A stretch of 64,000 bases of DNA. It comes from Bacillota bacterium (GTDB lineage Bacteria > Bacillota > JAAYKD01). Location of the stretch: the NCBI GenBank assembly GCA_963666425.2, contig OY762825.2, positions 1,792,001-1,856,000 on the forward strand, in the 5' to 3' direction. Shown piece by piece: positions 1 to 11,900 of this stretch. The notes below the pieces were generated by a model. That model was not told the origin of the DNA. It saw nothing but the letters and a program-made list of their open reading frames with translations, and made no database searches. Numbering within the stretch: the first letter of the stretch is position 1; each line of letters starts with the position of its first letter. Both the position numbers and the translations under genes were made by a program.

Positions 1-6
1 GTTACA

Positions 7-672
7 ATGCGTATTATTATTGTAGGCGGTGGAAAACTCGCCTACTATTTGATAAAAACCCTGCAGCCCTATCATCATATCATCTCGGTGGTGGAACAAT
101 TAAAAGAAGTCAGCGAACGGATCGCTACCGATTTTGATGAGGTCAGTGTCTACAATGGCGATGGCACCAACATCCGAATCATGGAAGAAAGCGGCTGCCG
201 AAATGCGGATTTTTATATTGCCGTCACCGGTAAAGATGAGAGCAATCTGATTGGCTGTGAAATTGCCAAGAAACACTTTCATGTCAAGACGACAGTTGCC
301 AGAGTCAATAATCCGAAAAATTGTGAAATGTTTACCCGCATGGGCGTTGATAAAATCTACTCCAGTACTCAGATTTTAGCCGATATTATCGAACGTGAAA
401 TCGATTATGAAGGGATGCGGGTCGTATTTTCGATCGAAAAAACTTCTCAAAACATCATCGAATTCAAGCTTTCACCGAAATCCGCAGCCTGCAATATGAC
501 ATTGCGTGATTATGCCTTCCCGAAAGACAGCACCCTGGTCTTGCTGACGCGTGATAACGGTACGGTTGAAGTTCCGCACGGTGACTTGATCATGAAAGCG
601 GAGGATACGATTTTAATGGCTTGTGAGAAAAAGGATTATGACCTGATCTGGAAAGATATGGTCAAAAGGTAG
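7..672 (+). CDS. trkA: TrkA/KtrA-family RCK gating subunit of K+ uptake system
   Basis: N-terminal Rossmann IIVGGGKLA, GDGT, AVTGKDESN, ARVNNPKN; C-terminal RCK_C (VPHGD); adjacent to K+ channel subunit. Confidence 0.9.
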   Translation: MRIIIVGGGKLAYYLIKTLQPYHHIISVVEQLKEVSERIATDFDEVSVYNGDGTNIRIMEESGCRNADFYIAVTGKDESNLIGCEIAKKHFHVKTTVARVNNPKNCEMFTRMGVDKIYSSTQILADIIEREIDYEGMRVVFSIEKTSQNIIEFKLSPKSAACNMTLRDYAFPKDSTLVLLTRDNGTVEVPHGDLIMKAEDTILMACEKKDYDLIWKDMVKR

Positions 673-687
673 GGATGGAATCAAATC

Positions 688-2109
688 ATGGCGGTTATTA
701 AGAAAACAAAATATAAAAACCCACTGCGTCCGCTGAGTCGCTGGATCGGAGAAAAACCGATTCGGTTGATTATCTCTTCTTTCGTGGTTGTTATTTTAAT
801 CGGTGCTTTCTTATTGATGCTTCCCATCGCTTCGCAGAATCATCTCAGCGCAGGTTTCCTACGTGCTTTGTTTGTCTCGACTTCAGCCACTTGCGTAACC
901 GGTTTGGTCGTGGTCGATACGGCCACCTATTGGACGACGTTTGGGAAGGTAGTAATTATCTGTCTGATTCAAGTTGGCGGGCTTGGTTTAGTCACCCTGA
1001 CCAGCTTCTTTTTTAGCGTACTCAAGAAAAAAGCGTCGCTGAAAACCCGCATTGTAACCCAGGAGTCGATTGCGACGCCTACCTTTGCCGATGTCTTTAC
1101 GATGGTTCGCCGGATTGTCTTAATTGTTTTTACCGTTGAATTTCTCGGCGCGGTGATCCTGACCTGGCGTTTTTCTTATCGTTATCCTTTTTTGGAAGCA
1201 TTGGGTAAAGGCGTCTTTCAGGCGATTTCCGCTTTTTGCAACGCCGGTTTTGATTTACACGGTGATTCGGTATCCGGTCCCTTCAGCAGCCTGACTGCCT
1301 GGAATAACGATCCGATTACGATTTTAACCACCAGCTTGCTGATTATCATCGGCGGACTCGGCTTTATTGTTTGGACCGACTTAATCGATTATCGGCAGAC
1401 GCACAAATTAGCTTATCACAGCAAAGTTGTCTTGTGGATGACCGGATTTTTACTGGCTGTCGGTACTGTCTCGATTCTTGGATTGGAATACAGCAATACG
1501 GCAAATCTCTATTCTATTGGTTCCTTGCCTGTTTGGCAGCGCCCCTTGGCTGCTTTCTTCCAATCGGTCACCGCCCGTACAGCCGGCTTTAACAGCATTG
1601 ACCAAGCTTCATTGCATGATAGTTCGAAATTAATCACCTCAATCCTGATGTTTATCGGAGCTGCGCCGGCTTCAACGGGTGGTGGGATCAAATGCACTAC
1701 CTTTGGTGTGATCGTTGCTACAATTTATTCTGATATCCGCGGATTTGAAGAAACGCTGCTGTTCCGTCACCGGATCAATCGGGAAGTGTTTACGCGGGCA
1801 ATGGCAATCATGGGTTTGGCTCTTACTATCGTGCTTGTCGCTACCATGGCGATTTGTATCATTGAAACAGAGGCTTTGGATCTGAAAACTTTTGATTTGA
1901 ATGATGTCCTTTTAGAAGCAGTCTCAGCCTTCGGTACGGTTGGCTTAACTTCTGCCGGTACTCCGACCTTACATCCGGCAAGTTGGGCGGTTCTGATCCC
2001 CTGTATGTTTTTGGGGCGCGTCGGCCCGGCTTCTTTTGCCATCAGCTTATCCATGAAACGCAGCAAACGCGAATTGGTTTATCCGGAAGGCAGAACGCTG
2101 GTCGGCTAA
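688..2109 (+). CDS. ktrB: KtrB/TrkH-family K+ transporter membrane subunit
   Basis: Four pore-loop motifs SATCVTGL, AFCNAGF, TARTAGF, SAFGTVGL; STGGGIK; MFLGRVGP. Confidence 0.9.
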   Translation: MAVIKKTKYKNPLRPLSRWIGEKPIRLIISSFVVVILIGAFLLMLPIASQNHLSAGFLRALFVSTSATCVTGLVVVDTATYWTTFGKVVIICLIQVGGLGLVTLTSFFFSVLKKKASLKTRIVTQESIATPTFADVFTMVRRIVLIVFTVEFLGAVILTWRFSYRYPFLEALGKGVFQAISAFCNAGFDLHGDSVSGPFSSLTAWNNDPITILTTSLLIIIGGLGFIVWTDLIDYRQTHKLAYHSKVVLWMTGFLLAVGTVSILGLEYSNTANLYSIGSLPVWQRPLAAFFQSVTARTAGFNSIDQASLHDSSKLITSILMFIGAAPASTGGGIKCTTFGVIVATIYSDIRGFEETLLFRHRINREVFTRAMAIMGLALTIVLVATMAICIIETEALDLKTFDLNDVLLEAVSAFGTVGLTSAGTPTLHPASWAVLIPCMFLGRVGPASFAISLSMKRSKRELVYPEGRTLVG

Positions 2110-2128
2110 GTGCTAGACTTGATCATGC

Positions 2129-2174
2129 AACACTCTTTGATCAGATTATTTCTGAGCAAAGAGTGTTTTTTTTT
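2129..2174 (+). terminator. Rho-independent terminator after ktrB
   Basis: AACACTCTTTG...CAAAGAGTGTT stem followed by T run. Confidence 0.8.
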
Positions 2175-2713
2175 GATTGATTCAAAGTGAGCGCACCTAT
2201 GCTCTGAATTAATTTAATTATAATAATAATTGTATGATTTTTCCTGGCCGGATTGGAAATTTCGGTTACAAATTTTTCTGGTGAATTCGTCTGTATTTTA
2301 TTTAGTTACCAAAATTTGGCGTGATCAAAAAACTGCCGAACAGTATTAATGGACCAGTAATTTGAAAATAGAGCAATAATGATAGGAATAGTGAAATAAA
2401 TATGAGCGTAAAATACAAATAGTCTATAAAATATCAATATTCAATCAAATGTGAGCAAGCGGTGTTTTCCTACAATAAAATTGTTGCGAAAATGTGAAAT
2501 TGTCAGAAGGGATCAAAGAGTTTCCTGTTGAAATCTACCAATACAAAATTAATAGTTTACTAATCAATCATAGTATTTTTTTATTGAGTAAGCATTTTTC
2601 GTATTTTTAATCCTGATGTGCGTCTATGACATTGAAATAATTTTTTCATTTGACAGAATACACATTTTGAAATCAGATGAGCTTGCTAAAAGTATGGATT
2701 GGGGGTTTGAGGA

Positions 2714-3538
2714 TTGAGTTGGAAGAGAATTTCAATTGTGGCTTCCTATTGCTTGCTGCTTATTTTCTTAGTTTCAATCACTGGGTTTGCGCAAGGAGAG
2801 AGCCCGATTCGGGTTGGCATCATCGATTCAGGAATTTCATCTTCTGCATCGATCACGCACTTGGCAGGGTATAATTATCTTTCTGAAACAAAAGAAACGG
2901 AGGATGACATCGGTCATGGCACTGCTTTGGCAGGCATCGTTGCAGTGATCGCCCCCGCGGCTGAAATTATCCCTTTAAAAATTATCGGTCAATCTGCTTT
3001 GACGACTGCCAAAGTCACTGCGGCTGCCATTGCTGATGCTGTGGATGTGTATGACTGCGATATTCTGCTGATGGCCTTTGGCCAGCCGGATACCATCGAA
3101 TTACGCAAAGCCATCGAGCATGCAGCAGCAGAAGGTGTGATCATGATCAGCGCGGTCGGTAATGATGGTTATCTCTCCTATCGGCGCAATCGCATCTATT
3201 ATCCTGCCGGTTATGATGGCGTCATTGCAGTCGGTTCGACGGATGCAGCCGGCAAGATCGCCTATTTTTCACAGCGCAACAAAAGTGTGTTCGTCACAAC
3301 CAATGGCATCGGGTTAGAGACCGTGAAGACAGATGGTACGAAAAGATTCGTCAGCGGAACCTCTTTTTCTGCGGCATGCATCGCCGGTTTGGCAGCCAGA
3401 GAGCAGATCAGAGATCCGGATGATTTTAAAGAATATCTGAAAACCAATGCAAGTGATCAGGGCAGTCAGGGGTTCGATCATTCCTATGGCTGGGGATGGC
3501 TCAAGATAGAGAATCAAGCAGAGGAGGCTGACAAATGA
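2714..3538 (+). CDS. Secreted S8 (subtilisin-family) serine peptidase, no prodomain
   Basis: TTG start after GAGGA; signal peptide; triad motifs GIIDSG, GHGTALAG, SGTSFSA; oxyanion SAVGND; stop overlaps next ATG (ATGA). Confidence 0.88.
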   Translation: MSWKRISIVASYCLLLIFLVSITGFAQGESPIRVGIIDSGISSSASITHLAGYNYLSETKETEDDIGHGTALAGIVAVIAPAAEIIPLKIIGQSALTTAKVTAAAIADAVDVYDCDILLMAFGQPDTIELRKAIEHAAAEGVIMISAVGNDGYLSYRRNRIYYPAGYDGVIAVGSTDAAGKIAYFSQRNKSVFVTTNGIGLETVKTDGTKRFVSGTSFSAACIAGLAAREQIRDPDDFKEYLKTNASDQGSQGFDHSYGWGWLKIENQAEEADK

Positions 3539-6500
3539 GTAAAAAATCAGGAATTAGGCCAGGTAATATTTTGCTCTTATCGGTATTTTTTATGTTGCTC
3601 TTCGTTTTTACGCAATCGGTACTGGCTTACAGCTATAATACAAATTTACTGAATGTTGTGAATAATACAGGCAAAGAGTATACCAGACAAAATACACAGA
3701 ATATCTACCTCAGTCCCGAGGATCAAGAACGGGCAAATAAGGGTGATATGTATTACAATGCTTCGGTGCATATCGGCGCCAACGGAAGCAGAACGGTAAC
3801 CAGACACTTGTATGTCAGGTGCTATGATGCCAATGGTAATTTACTGGATAATTATGAAGTGAGCGGTTCGACCTATTGGGTGGCGCATGCCAGCTATAAT
3901 TATGATAACAATGATCAAAAAATCCCTGCCGGAACAGTCTATATTTATTATGATGCCTATGTTCATATCGGAACCTGGGGCGATCTTGAGTTGGAAAACA
4001 TGTCATTCAGCTTATATGACGCAGTCAAACCGGCTTATCTTTCGGTGGGAGTCACTTCGGTCAATGGCGGCTATCCCAATCCGGGAACTTATCCGATAGG
4101 CACCACCATTCGTTATTGCGTCAATTTTAATGAGGCTTTGGCTTCCGTCAGCGCCGGAACCGTAAGTACGACGATCGGCAGTGCAACCTATGTCGGTAAA
4201 AGCGCAGATCGGAAGTCTGTTTATTATGATTATGTGATTACAGGTACCTCTGCTACGGTCAGTGACTACAATTTGGTCAAAGTGGCGTCGGTTGTCAATC
4301 TGTCCGTGGCGGATGATGCAGGTAATTGGTCGGACGTGCAAAATCGCTATGCCCTGACGGACAACTACGGTATTTATATGGATAACAAGTATCCTTCTGT
4401 TTCTGCCTTTACGACCGAAGCAAGTGCAGACGCCTGCTATCTGGCCGGTGAACAGATTCGTTTCAATGTGACTTTTCACGAAAATATTTGGGTGAGCGGC
4501 AGTCCGGCAATCTCACTGTCTAACGGCGGTGTTGCAGTTTACACAAAAATGACCAACAGTGATACCAATGCGGCTGCTTTTATTTATACAGTAGCCGCCG
4601 GTGATACCAATACCTCGGCACTGGCCATTACCGCGATCAATTTCAACGGAATCGTCGATAAAGTGAATCAAAGCGCCACGAGCGATGGTTCTTATACCGC
4701 GAATCGATATAACAGTTTTTTAAGCGCTTACCGTTTATCGGTTGATACGATAGCACCGACGGTGAGCTTTGCGGATCCTTCCAATAACTATCACAACAAT
4801 ACGTATCAAGTCAGTTTCACACCGGCCGACAGCGTCAGCGGTGTCAATGAAAAGTATGCCGTCTGGACGACCTCTTCCAGCAATCTACCTCCTGCTTTTC
4901 CGGAATCGGCCGGAGTGGGTGCGAATAATCTGGTCAGCCTGCCTGCAAGCAGTGGAATTTACTATTTATGGGTCAAATTAGTCGATCTTGCCGGTAATAT
5001 CAGCAGTACAAAATCTCCCTATCTTTACTATTTTGATTTTACCCAACCGACGATTACTTTTACACCTACTTATATTAGCGGTTACACTGCCCTCGCCAGT
5101 ATGGTGATCACGGTCGGCGATAATGTCAGTGTTGCCACAAAAAACTATGAATGGCGGAATGCTTCCAATATAAAAGTCGTAGAAGGCAGCTTGACCGATG
5201 CATTGCTTTATCCGAGCGCTGATGGAATCTATTCTCTGCTCGTTACGGCTGTGGATACGGTAGGGAATCTTTTTACCAATACCATCAGCGATCTCTCGAT
5301 TGATAAAACAGGGCCAACGGTAGTTTTTAATCCCACCGGAAATAACACTTGGGCGAAAATTCATACGATTGCCATCACGATTCAGGATGCAAAAACCGGC
5401 ATCCTCAATTACTCCTACCAATTTACCACCTCGGTTTCGACACCGGTTGCGAATTGGAGTGATACGTTGAATACCTCATTCGATACACCGAATGGTTCGT
5501 CCGGCACTTATTATTTGCATATCAAGGCAGTCGACCATGCCAATAATATCAGCTATTTTACCAGCAATGGATTCAATACCGATAATGTTGCTCCCAGCGT
5601 CGTGATCTCCCCCAATAGCAATGCGAGCAATCTGGGACTAAGTTCTTATGATATTACCGTTGCGGCAGAAGATGCCATCAGCGCCACGGGCGATCTGGTT
5701 GCCGGCTATGCCTTTTCCACTGCCGCTGCGGCGGGCGGACTCACTTATGCAGCCTTGAATCTGACCGACGGCGCCGCACTGCTCACGTTAGCTGAGTTCC
5801 ATCAAATCACTTATTTATATGTCAGTGTCACGGATACTGCCGGTAATAACAGGATCAGTCGTTCCGAGGCATTTACCCCGGATATCAGTGCTCCTACCGG
5901 CAGCATCACCAACGCTTCAGCCGCCTATCTCAATCTGCCATCTATCGATTTGAGTTTCACTGCGGCAGATAACTATATCGCTGCCAATGATCTCAACATG
6001 CAATTAACGCTTGACGGCAGCGTAGGGGAATGGGAAGTCTTTACTGAAAGCAAAACGATCGCTTTTGCTGCCGTTGAAGGGAACCATACCATTTCAGTAC
6101 AGTTCAGGGATGTTTGTGGAAATATTTCCCAAGTTTATTCAACAACATTTACCTATGATGTGACTGCTCCGCAGATTTTAATCCATTATGACCTTCCCAC
6201 GGCAACCAAGAACAATGTGACTGCCACTGCCACGACGGCATCGAATGCAGACAGTATTACCGGGGTGACCAGTAAGCTGTTTACCGAAAATGGTAGTTTT
6301 ACCTTTTATGCCCGCGATTATGCCGGCAATGAATCGAGTCTGGCTGCAGTCGTCAACTGGATTGATCAAACCGCTCCTACCATCAGCTTCACCTCGGTAG
6401 AGTTTGATAACGCCAAGCACCAGTCGGCAACCGTCACGATTACCGCTGCCGATAATGCCAATGGCATCGCTGCGGTTGTATATCGCTTGCTGCAAAATAC

Positions 6501-8967
6501 AGTGCCGTTAGGCATTTGGCAAAGCTGTGATAACGGAGCGCAGATTGAAATCAACAGCGTAACCGACGGCAGTTTCACAGTGGAAGCAGTCGCGACCGAT
6601 GGAGTAGGCAACAGCCTGACCAAGGTCTCCGGAATTGTCTTAATCGATGTGACTGCACCAACCGCTGCGGCAGCCTACTCTATCGTAACAAGAACCGCAC
6701 AGAATGTGGAAGTGCATCTTAGCTTCAATGAAGCGGTTACCATCACAAACAATGGCGGTTTACCAACTTATCTCTTTACGGACAATGGCACTTTTAGCTT
6801 CGAATTTGTAGATCAAGCCGGCAATACCGCATCTATGTCTACCGCGGTAACCTGGATTGACCGCAACAAGCCACAGGCAAGGATTGCCATGACAGACGAA
6901 AGCTATCATGCCGTCAGTCAGGATCAATGGGTTAATTATAATTTGATTGTCTCTATTATTCCCCCGGCCCAATCAACGATAGAGAATCTGACCTTCAACA
7001 ATGTCTTGATTGGCGAGGCAGTCGGAGTCATAGCGTCACCGACAGAGCTCAATACTTATCTGGTCACCACCTATGGCGTCTTTCACTTTACCGTCCATGA
7101 TACCGATACACTACTGGAAAGCGAAGGAGGATTTACGGTTCGGATTGATAAATCTCAACCGCAAATCGATCCATCATTGGAAATCAGAACAACGACCGCC
7201 TGGACAAACAGCGATGTGGTAGTAACGGTGACGGCGCTGGATGACCTCTCTCCAGTGACCTACACGAACGGCAGCAGTTTTACTTATACCGAAAACGGAG
7301 TGCACCGTTTCCTCTTTACCGATGCAGCGGGCAACCAAAACAGTTATGAGGTCACGGTCGGTAATATCGATAAAGCCGTTCCCGAGGCAAGTGTAGTTTT
7401 CACTGTCAACGGAGAAGCCTATGATGGTGATTTTACCAATCAGAATATCAAGGCAACCATCGCGTTTGTCAGTTTATCACCGGTCACTGTGACAAATAAT
7501 AACGCCGGTTTGGATTATACTTTTACTGCGAACGGTGAGTTTACTTATCTTTATCAGGATGCGGCAGGCAATGCCGGCAGCAAGATGATATCGGTGGATA
7601 CGATCGATAAAAAAGCACCCACCGCTTATCTGACTTACAGCAAAACCAGCTGGACCAACACAGACGTGATTGCCACGCTGCATGTCTCGGATGATTGGAG
7701 CGGTGCCGTCAACGACGGAGAAACCTACACCTTCACTGAGAATGGCACGCACGCCTTTACAGCCAGAGATTTTGCCGGCAATACACTGCTCGTCAATGCA
7801 AGTACGAGCCGAATTGACAAAACAGCTCCCGTTCTGTCCTACAGTCTGTCTCCCTCCATAAAAACGCCCTTCAGTGTTTACGCCACCGTCACCGCCAATG
7901 AGAGCGTAACTTGGCTGAATAACGGCGGCAAACCTTCAAAGCAGTTTAATTCCAATGACAGTTTTATTTTTATCGCCAAGGATTACGCAGGCAATCAAGC
8001 GGAGATTACCGTCACCGTTGCCAATATTGATCGCACGCCAACCAATGTGGTTCTGGAATATTCTACTACCGCTCCAACCAATCAGGATGTCTATGTCAAT
8101 ATTTACCCGCAAGATAAATTGCATGACCTCATCTTCATCGTGAATAATGACAATGCCCGCGTGAAAAAATTCGAAGAAAATGGTGAATTTACCTTCACCT
8201 ACCGAAACACAGCGGGGATCACCGGAGAGAAAATAGCGAATGTCACGAATATTTGTAAGACGCCGCCGGTGGTTACGGTTGTCTATTCTACAACGGATTT
8301 GACGACCGGTGATGTGATTGCTACTTTGACTGCCGATAAGGCGGTGACCTATCCGTTTGCTGCTTTGAACGGAAAATATACCTTCAGTAAAAACGATAAG
8401 GTGCAGATTCCAGTCACTGATTTGGTGGGAAATGTCACGAATGTGATCCTGGAAGTGACTTGGATCGATCGGGATGCGCCGGTATTTAGCTTGACAAACC
8501 AATACCAGTGCATCGGTGTCAATACGGCATTTGATGTGGCAGCCGGCGTCAGCGTAACTGATGCCAATGCGATTCCCAATGGCTTGGAAATCATCGGTTC
8601 GGTGAATACAGCAGTCAATGGCGATTATATCATTACCTACCGAGCGACGGATGCAGCCGGCAATACCGGGGAATGCATGCGCTATGTCACTGTTTATGAT
8701 CCAACCAAATTTAACGTGATTATCAATGGCAGAATGCCGATCAATGGCGAAGTGGAAATCTCAACCCATCAGCTGAAATTAGAAACGATCAATCAAAATG
8801 GAACGCTCAAATTATTGTTTGCAGCCGGCAAAAAAATGTCGGGTTATTTCAAAAAGGACGGCACCGTGATTACTCCGGAATACACATTTACAGACCAAGG
8901 TTATTACACCATCTATCTGCAGGACGCGAATCGCAACACGAAACTCGTTTATGTATTTGTGAAATAG
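3535..8967 (+). CDS. Large secreted Ig-like repeat protein (1810 aa), putative adhesin, no visible anchor
   Basis: Signal peptide (VLA-Y); 14 DxxGN strands and recurring IDxTxP, WTNxDV, FTENG motifs; DUF5011-like module near C-terminus; no SLH, LPXTG or C-terminal TM. Confidence 0.8.
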   Translation: MSKKSGIRPGNILLLSVFFMLLFVFTQSVLAYSYNTNLLNVVNNTGKEYTRQNTQNIYLSPEDQERANKGDMYYNASVHIGANGSRTVTRHLYVRCYDANGNLLDNYEVSGSTYWVAHASYNYDNNDQKIPAGTVYIYYDAYVHIGTWGDLELENMSFSLYDAVKPAYLSVGVTSVNGGYPNPGTYPIGTTIRYCVNFNEALASVSAGTVSTTIGSATYVGKSADRKSVYYDYVITGTSATVSDYNLVKVASVVNLSVADDAGNWSDVQNRYALTDNYGIYMDNKYPSVSAFTTEASADACYLAGEQIRFNVTFHENIWVSGSPAISLSNGGVAVYTKMTNSDTNAAAFIYTVAAGDTNTSALAITAINFNGIVDKVNQSATSDGSYTANRYNSFLSAYRLSVDTIAPTVSFADPSNNYHNNTYQVSFTPADSVSGVNEKYAVWTTSSSNLPPAFPESAGVGANNLVSLPASSGIYYLWVKLVDLAGNISSTKSPYLYYFDFTQPTITFTPTYISGYTALASMVITVGDNVSVATKNYEWRNASNIKVVEGSLTDALLYPSADGIYSLLVTAVDTVGNLFTNTISDLSIDKTGPTVVFNPTGNNTWAKIHTIAITIQDAKTGILNYSYQFTTSVSTPVANWSDTLNTSFDTPNGSSGTYYLHIKAVDHANNISYFTSNGFNTDNVAPSVVISPNSNASNLGLSSYDITVAAEDAISATGDLVAGYAFSTAAAAGGLTYAALNLTDGAALLTLAEFHQITYLYVSVTDTAGNNRISRSEAFTPDISAPTGSITNASAAYLNLPSIDLSFTAADNYIAANDLNMQLTLDGSVGEWEVFTESKTIAFAAVEGNHTISVQFRDVCGNISQVYSTTFTYDVTAPQILIHYDLPTATKNNVTATATTASNADSITGVTSKLFTENGSFTFYARDYAGNESSLAAVVNWIDQTAPTISFTSVEFDNAKHQSATVTITAADNANGIAAVVYRLLQNTVPLGIWQSCDNGAQIEINSVTDGSFTVEAVATDGVGNSLTKVSGIVLIDVTAPTAAAAYSIVTRTAQNVEVHLSFNEAVTITNNGGLPTYLFTDNGTFSFEFVDQAGNTASMSTAVTWIDRNKPQARIAMTDESYHAVSQDQWVNYNLIVSIIPPAQSTIENLTFNNVLIGEAVGVIASPTELNTYLVTTYGVFHFTVHDTDTLLESEGGFTVRIDKSQPQIDPSLEIRTTTAWTNSDVVVTVTALDDLSPVTYTNGSSFTYTENGVHRFLFTDAAGNQNSYEVTVGNIDKAVPEASVVFTVNGEAYDGDFTNQNIKATIAFVSLSPVTVTNNNAGLDYTFTANGEFTYLYQDAAGNAGSKMISVDTIDKKAPTAYLTYSKTSWTNTDVIATLHVSDDWSGAVNDGETYTFTENGTHAFTARDFAGNTLLVNASTSRIDKTAPVLSYSLSPSIKTPFSVYATVTANESVTWLNNGGKPSKQFNSNDSFIFIAKDYAGNQAEITVTVANIDRTPTNVVLEYSTTAPTNQDVYVNIYPQDKLHDLIFIVNNDNARVKKFEENGEFTFTYRNTAGITGEKIANVTNICKTPPVVTVVYSTTDLTTGDVIATLTADKAVTYPFAALNGKYTFSKNDKVQIPVTDLVGNVTNVILEVTWIDRDAPVFSLTNQYQCIGVNTAFDVAAGVSVTDANAIPNGLEIIGSVNTAVNGDYIITYRATDAAGNTGECMRYVTVYDPTKFNVIINGRMPINGEVEISTHQLKLETINQNGTLKLLFAAGKKMSGYFKKDGTVITPEYTFTDQGYYTIYLQDANRNTKLVYVFVK

Positions 8968-8981
8968 GAGGGATCTCTGGT

Positions 8982-11900
8982 ATGAACCGATTGAAAAAAA
9001 CAGTATGTCTGGTACTCTTGTCTGTGATGATGCTCAATGCGCTGGCGCCGATCGTTTTGGCAGCAGAGGAAGCGCTGCAACCTTATAAGGTTCAGAATGG
9101 GATTGTAGAGTATCAAGTCAATAAAAATGACGGACGCTTTACGATAGCAACGGCCGATGGAATTCCCGGCAAAGAAAGCGACAATGATAAAAATCTGCTT
9201 TTTTTCGATGAACTGCCGGAAACTTCTTTTACTACTTTCCGGATCAACGGCAAAGATTATATCTTTGGCAACAATTATGGCGCGGAAGGTGGCATTACTT
9301 CTGCTACCAAGGTGGACGGTTACATCGCAAAAACGATTTGGCGCATCAATGATGTAGAGATTACACAGAAATTGACGTTGATTACCGATTCCGCCAATCC
9401 CAATGTAGGCAATACCAAAATCACCTATGAAGTGGCAAATGGCAGTAATGCTGCAGTCAGTCTTGGTTCCCGCATTTTATTGGATACCCAGCTAGGCTCC
9501 AACGATGCGGCTCCTATGCTGATTGGTTCTACTTATATTACCAATGAGACCGAGTACAGCGGTGAGAATGTGCCGATCTCCTGGAAATCAGCGGACCAGA
9601 AATTTGCTCCTGATATTATTTCCTACGGTTTGCTCTCCGGCTGGCAGAATATCGAACCGGACCGCTTGGTGATTGCGCATTGGGAATCCCTTTCTCAGAC
9701 GGCTTGGGATTTTACGACGAATCCCCTGATCAATTTTACAACCGTTAAAAATTCCTACGGCAGTGCGGATTCAGCTACAGCGATTTATTTTGATCCAACT
9801 GCTCTCGCGACCGGTGAAACCAGAGTCTATGAGACTTTTTATGGCATCGGCTCTGTTTCCGATACCTACAGTGATCCCAATTTCAATATACAGTTGACTT
9901 CTCCGCAAAAATTAACGGTGAATTCGACCGGAACGGCTTATAATGAGACCAGTATTCTGATCACGGTTAGTTTGGATAATACCGGTATTGCCAGCACGGA
10001 ACTGACCAATATCATCTTGAAATTAGGCTTGTCTGATCAATTGACGATAGCGGCTGGCGATGCACAAATCAAAACGCTGACGCGTCTGGCGCAGGGAGAG
10101 ACGATCGATGTTACCTTTACTGTCATACCTACCATCCAGCAAACACTGGCGGTAGCGGAATATGGTGTTACCGTTATTTACGGTGTCGATCAAAACGTGG
10201 CGGAAGCTTCCAAGTATCTTATTCTGCCTTCTGTCAAGGGGGTTCCTCCCCGCATGCAAATGACGGAGATTGCTCCGGCCACCCTCTATACCGGTTCGAA
10301 TAAAAAGAGTGTGGTCATCAAAGGCAGTGATTTTGCCAGTTTAAAAGCCGACTATGAATGGAGTATGTATATCAGCAATGATCGGACCGGTTTCTCTCAG
10401 GAAATATCCCGCAGCAATATCTATATTGAAGATGCCACGATGACGATTCAATTGGATCCCGCTTTGCGCTTTGATGCCGGAACCTATACGATCAAGCTCT
10501 TTTCAGCAAACTTTGGTGATCTGTCGAGAAGTTTGACCTTTACCGATGATCAGTATTACGATAGGATGGAATACGGATTACTGCTGATCGGAGCTTTTGG
10601 CAGCTCAACGAGCGATAATCCTGTTTATACCGTGAAAGTGCTGCAGAAAGAAGAAGATATTGCGGCTTTGACTGCTACAGAACAGAGTGAAATTTTGCTG
10701 ACCGTAAGAGGTGAAATTTCAACTTATGACTTATCCGGTGTTACGGTTTATGAATGTCAAAGCGGTACGATTATCAATAATGCGATCATGTATACGGCGC
10801 CGATTGCCAAACCGGAAAGCACCATGTTGATTTGTCGATATGAAAATGGCGTAGAGGGTTGGTCCGGTGCGAATAGTTTCTTCGACAATTTTGAATGGTT
10901 CGGCAAAGAAAATGATTCTCTATTGATCTCGGGCGAAGGTGCTTTGGCCATTGCCGATTATCAATTCCACTATGGTAATTTCTATATCACCCTGGAAGAC
11001 GGCACGACCTATGGTTTGAATGAGCCGGCAGCACCGGATTATAACCATGATGTCAATGAAAATGTGGGTGAAACTCCAAGAGAAGACGAGCCGGCAGCGG
11101 TTAAAATCATTACTCCGGCCAATGTAATTGCCAATGAAGCCTTCAAACCGCTCGGTGCCTTGACCGGTGTGAAGATCAATGTGAAGGATGCAGTGATCGG
11201 GAAAAATACGGTTTCTCTGGGCGGCAGTTTCAGTATTGCTTTGCCATGGCTGCCGAGTGAAGATGACGGCAGCAGCGGTTCAACCAATACACAGAAAAAT
11301 GTCAATGCCATCAATGATTATCATGATACAGACAGCCTGATTGCCTTGAACATGGAAGAAATGCGTTACGGGATCAATGCTTCCGATAATACAGCCGATT
11401 TGGTTGGCGTCAAAGCAGACGGCAGTATCAATTTAACGGATGATTCTTTGCCGATGCTGAGTGCCGGCGGAGCATCCGCTGGCTTTAAGATCGATTCGAT
11501 CGACTATCCCGGTTGGTATGTGCAGGTCAGCGCCGGAGTGAAGGTTGGCGATGCCTTTGAATGCAGCGCCATGGTAGCGTTGGTCTTTGAAACTGGTGGC
11601 TCCTGTATACCGGATGATATTGAGTTGGTGGTCGGCGGTGCTGTCATCAAGATTCCGCTCGGCGTCACTCCACTCTCAGTCGGTTATCTGACGAAAATCG
11701 GCGGCGGTGTTTATCACTTGTATGACACCATTAAAGGAAACTTTAACGCGATTCCTCCGGTAACACTCAAGGTGATTACCGGCTACGCCGATCCGACTAC
11801 GGTCGCTTTGGAATTGGATACCGTTGCTTTGGAAGTTGGACTGACTGGGATTTCTTTAACGGCCGAAGACGGCAAAATCGTCAAAATCCCGGTTTTGGAA

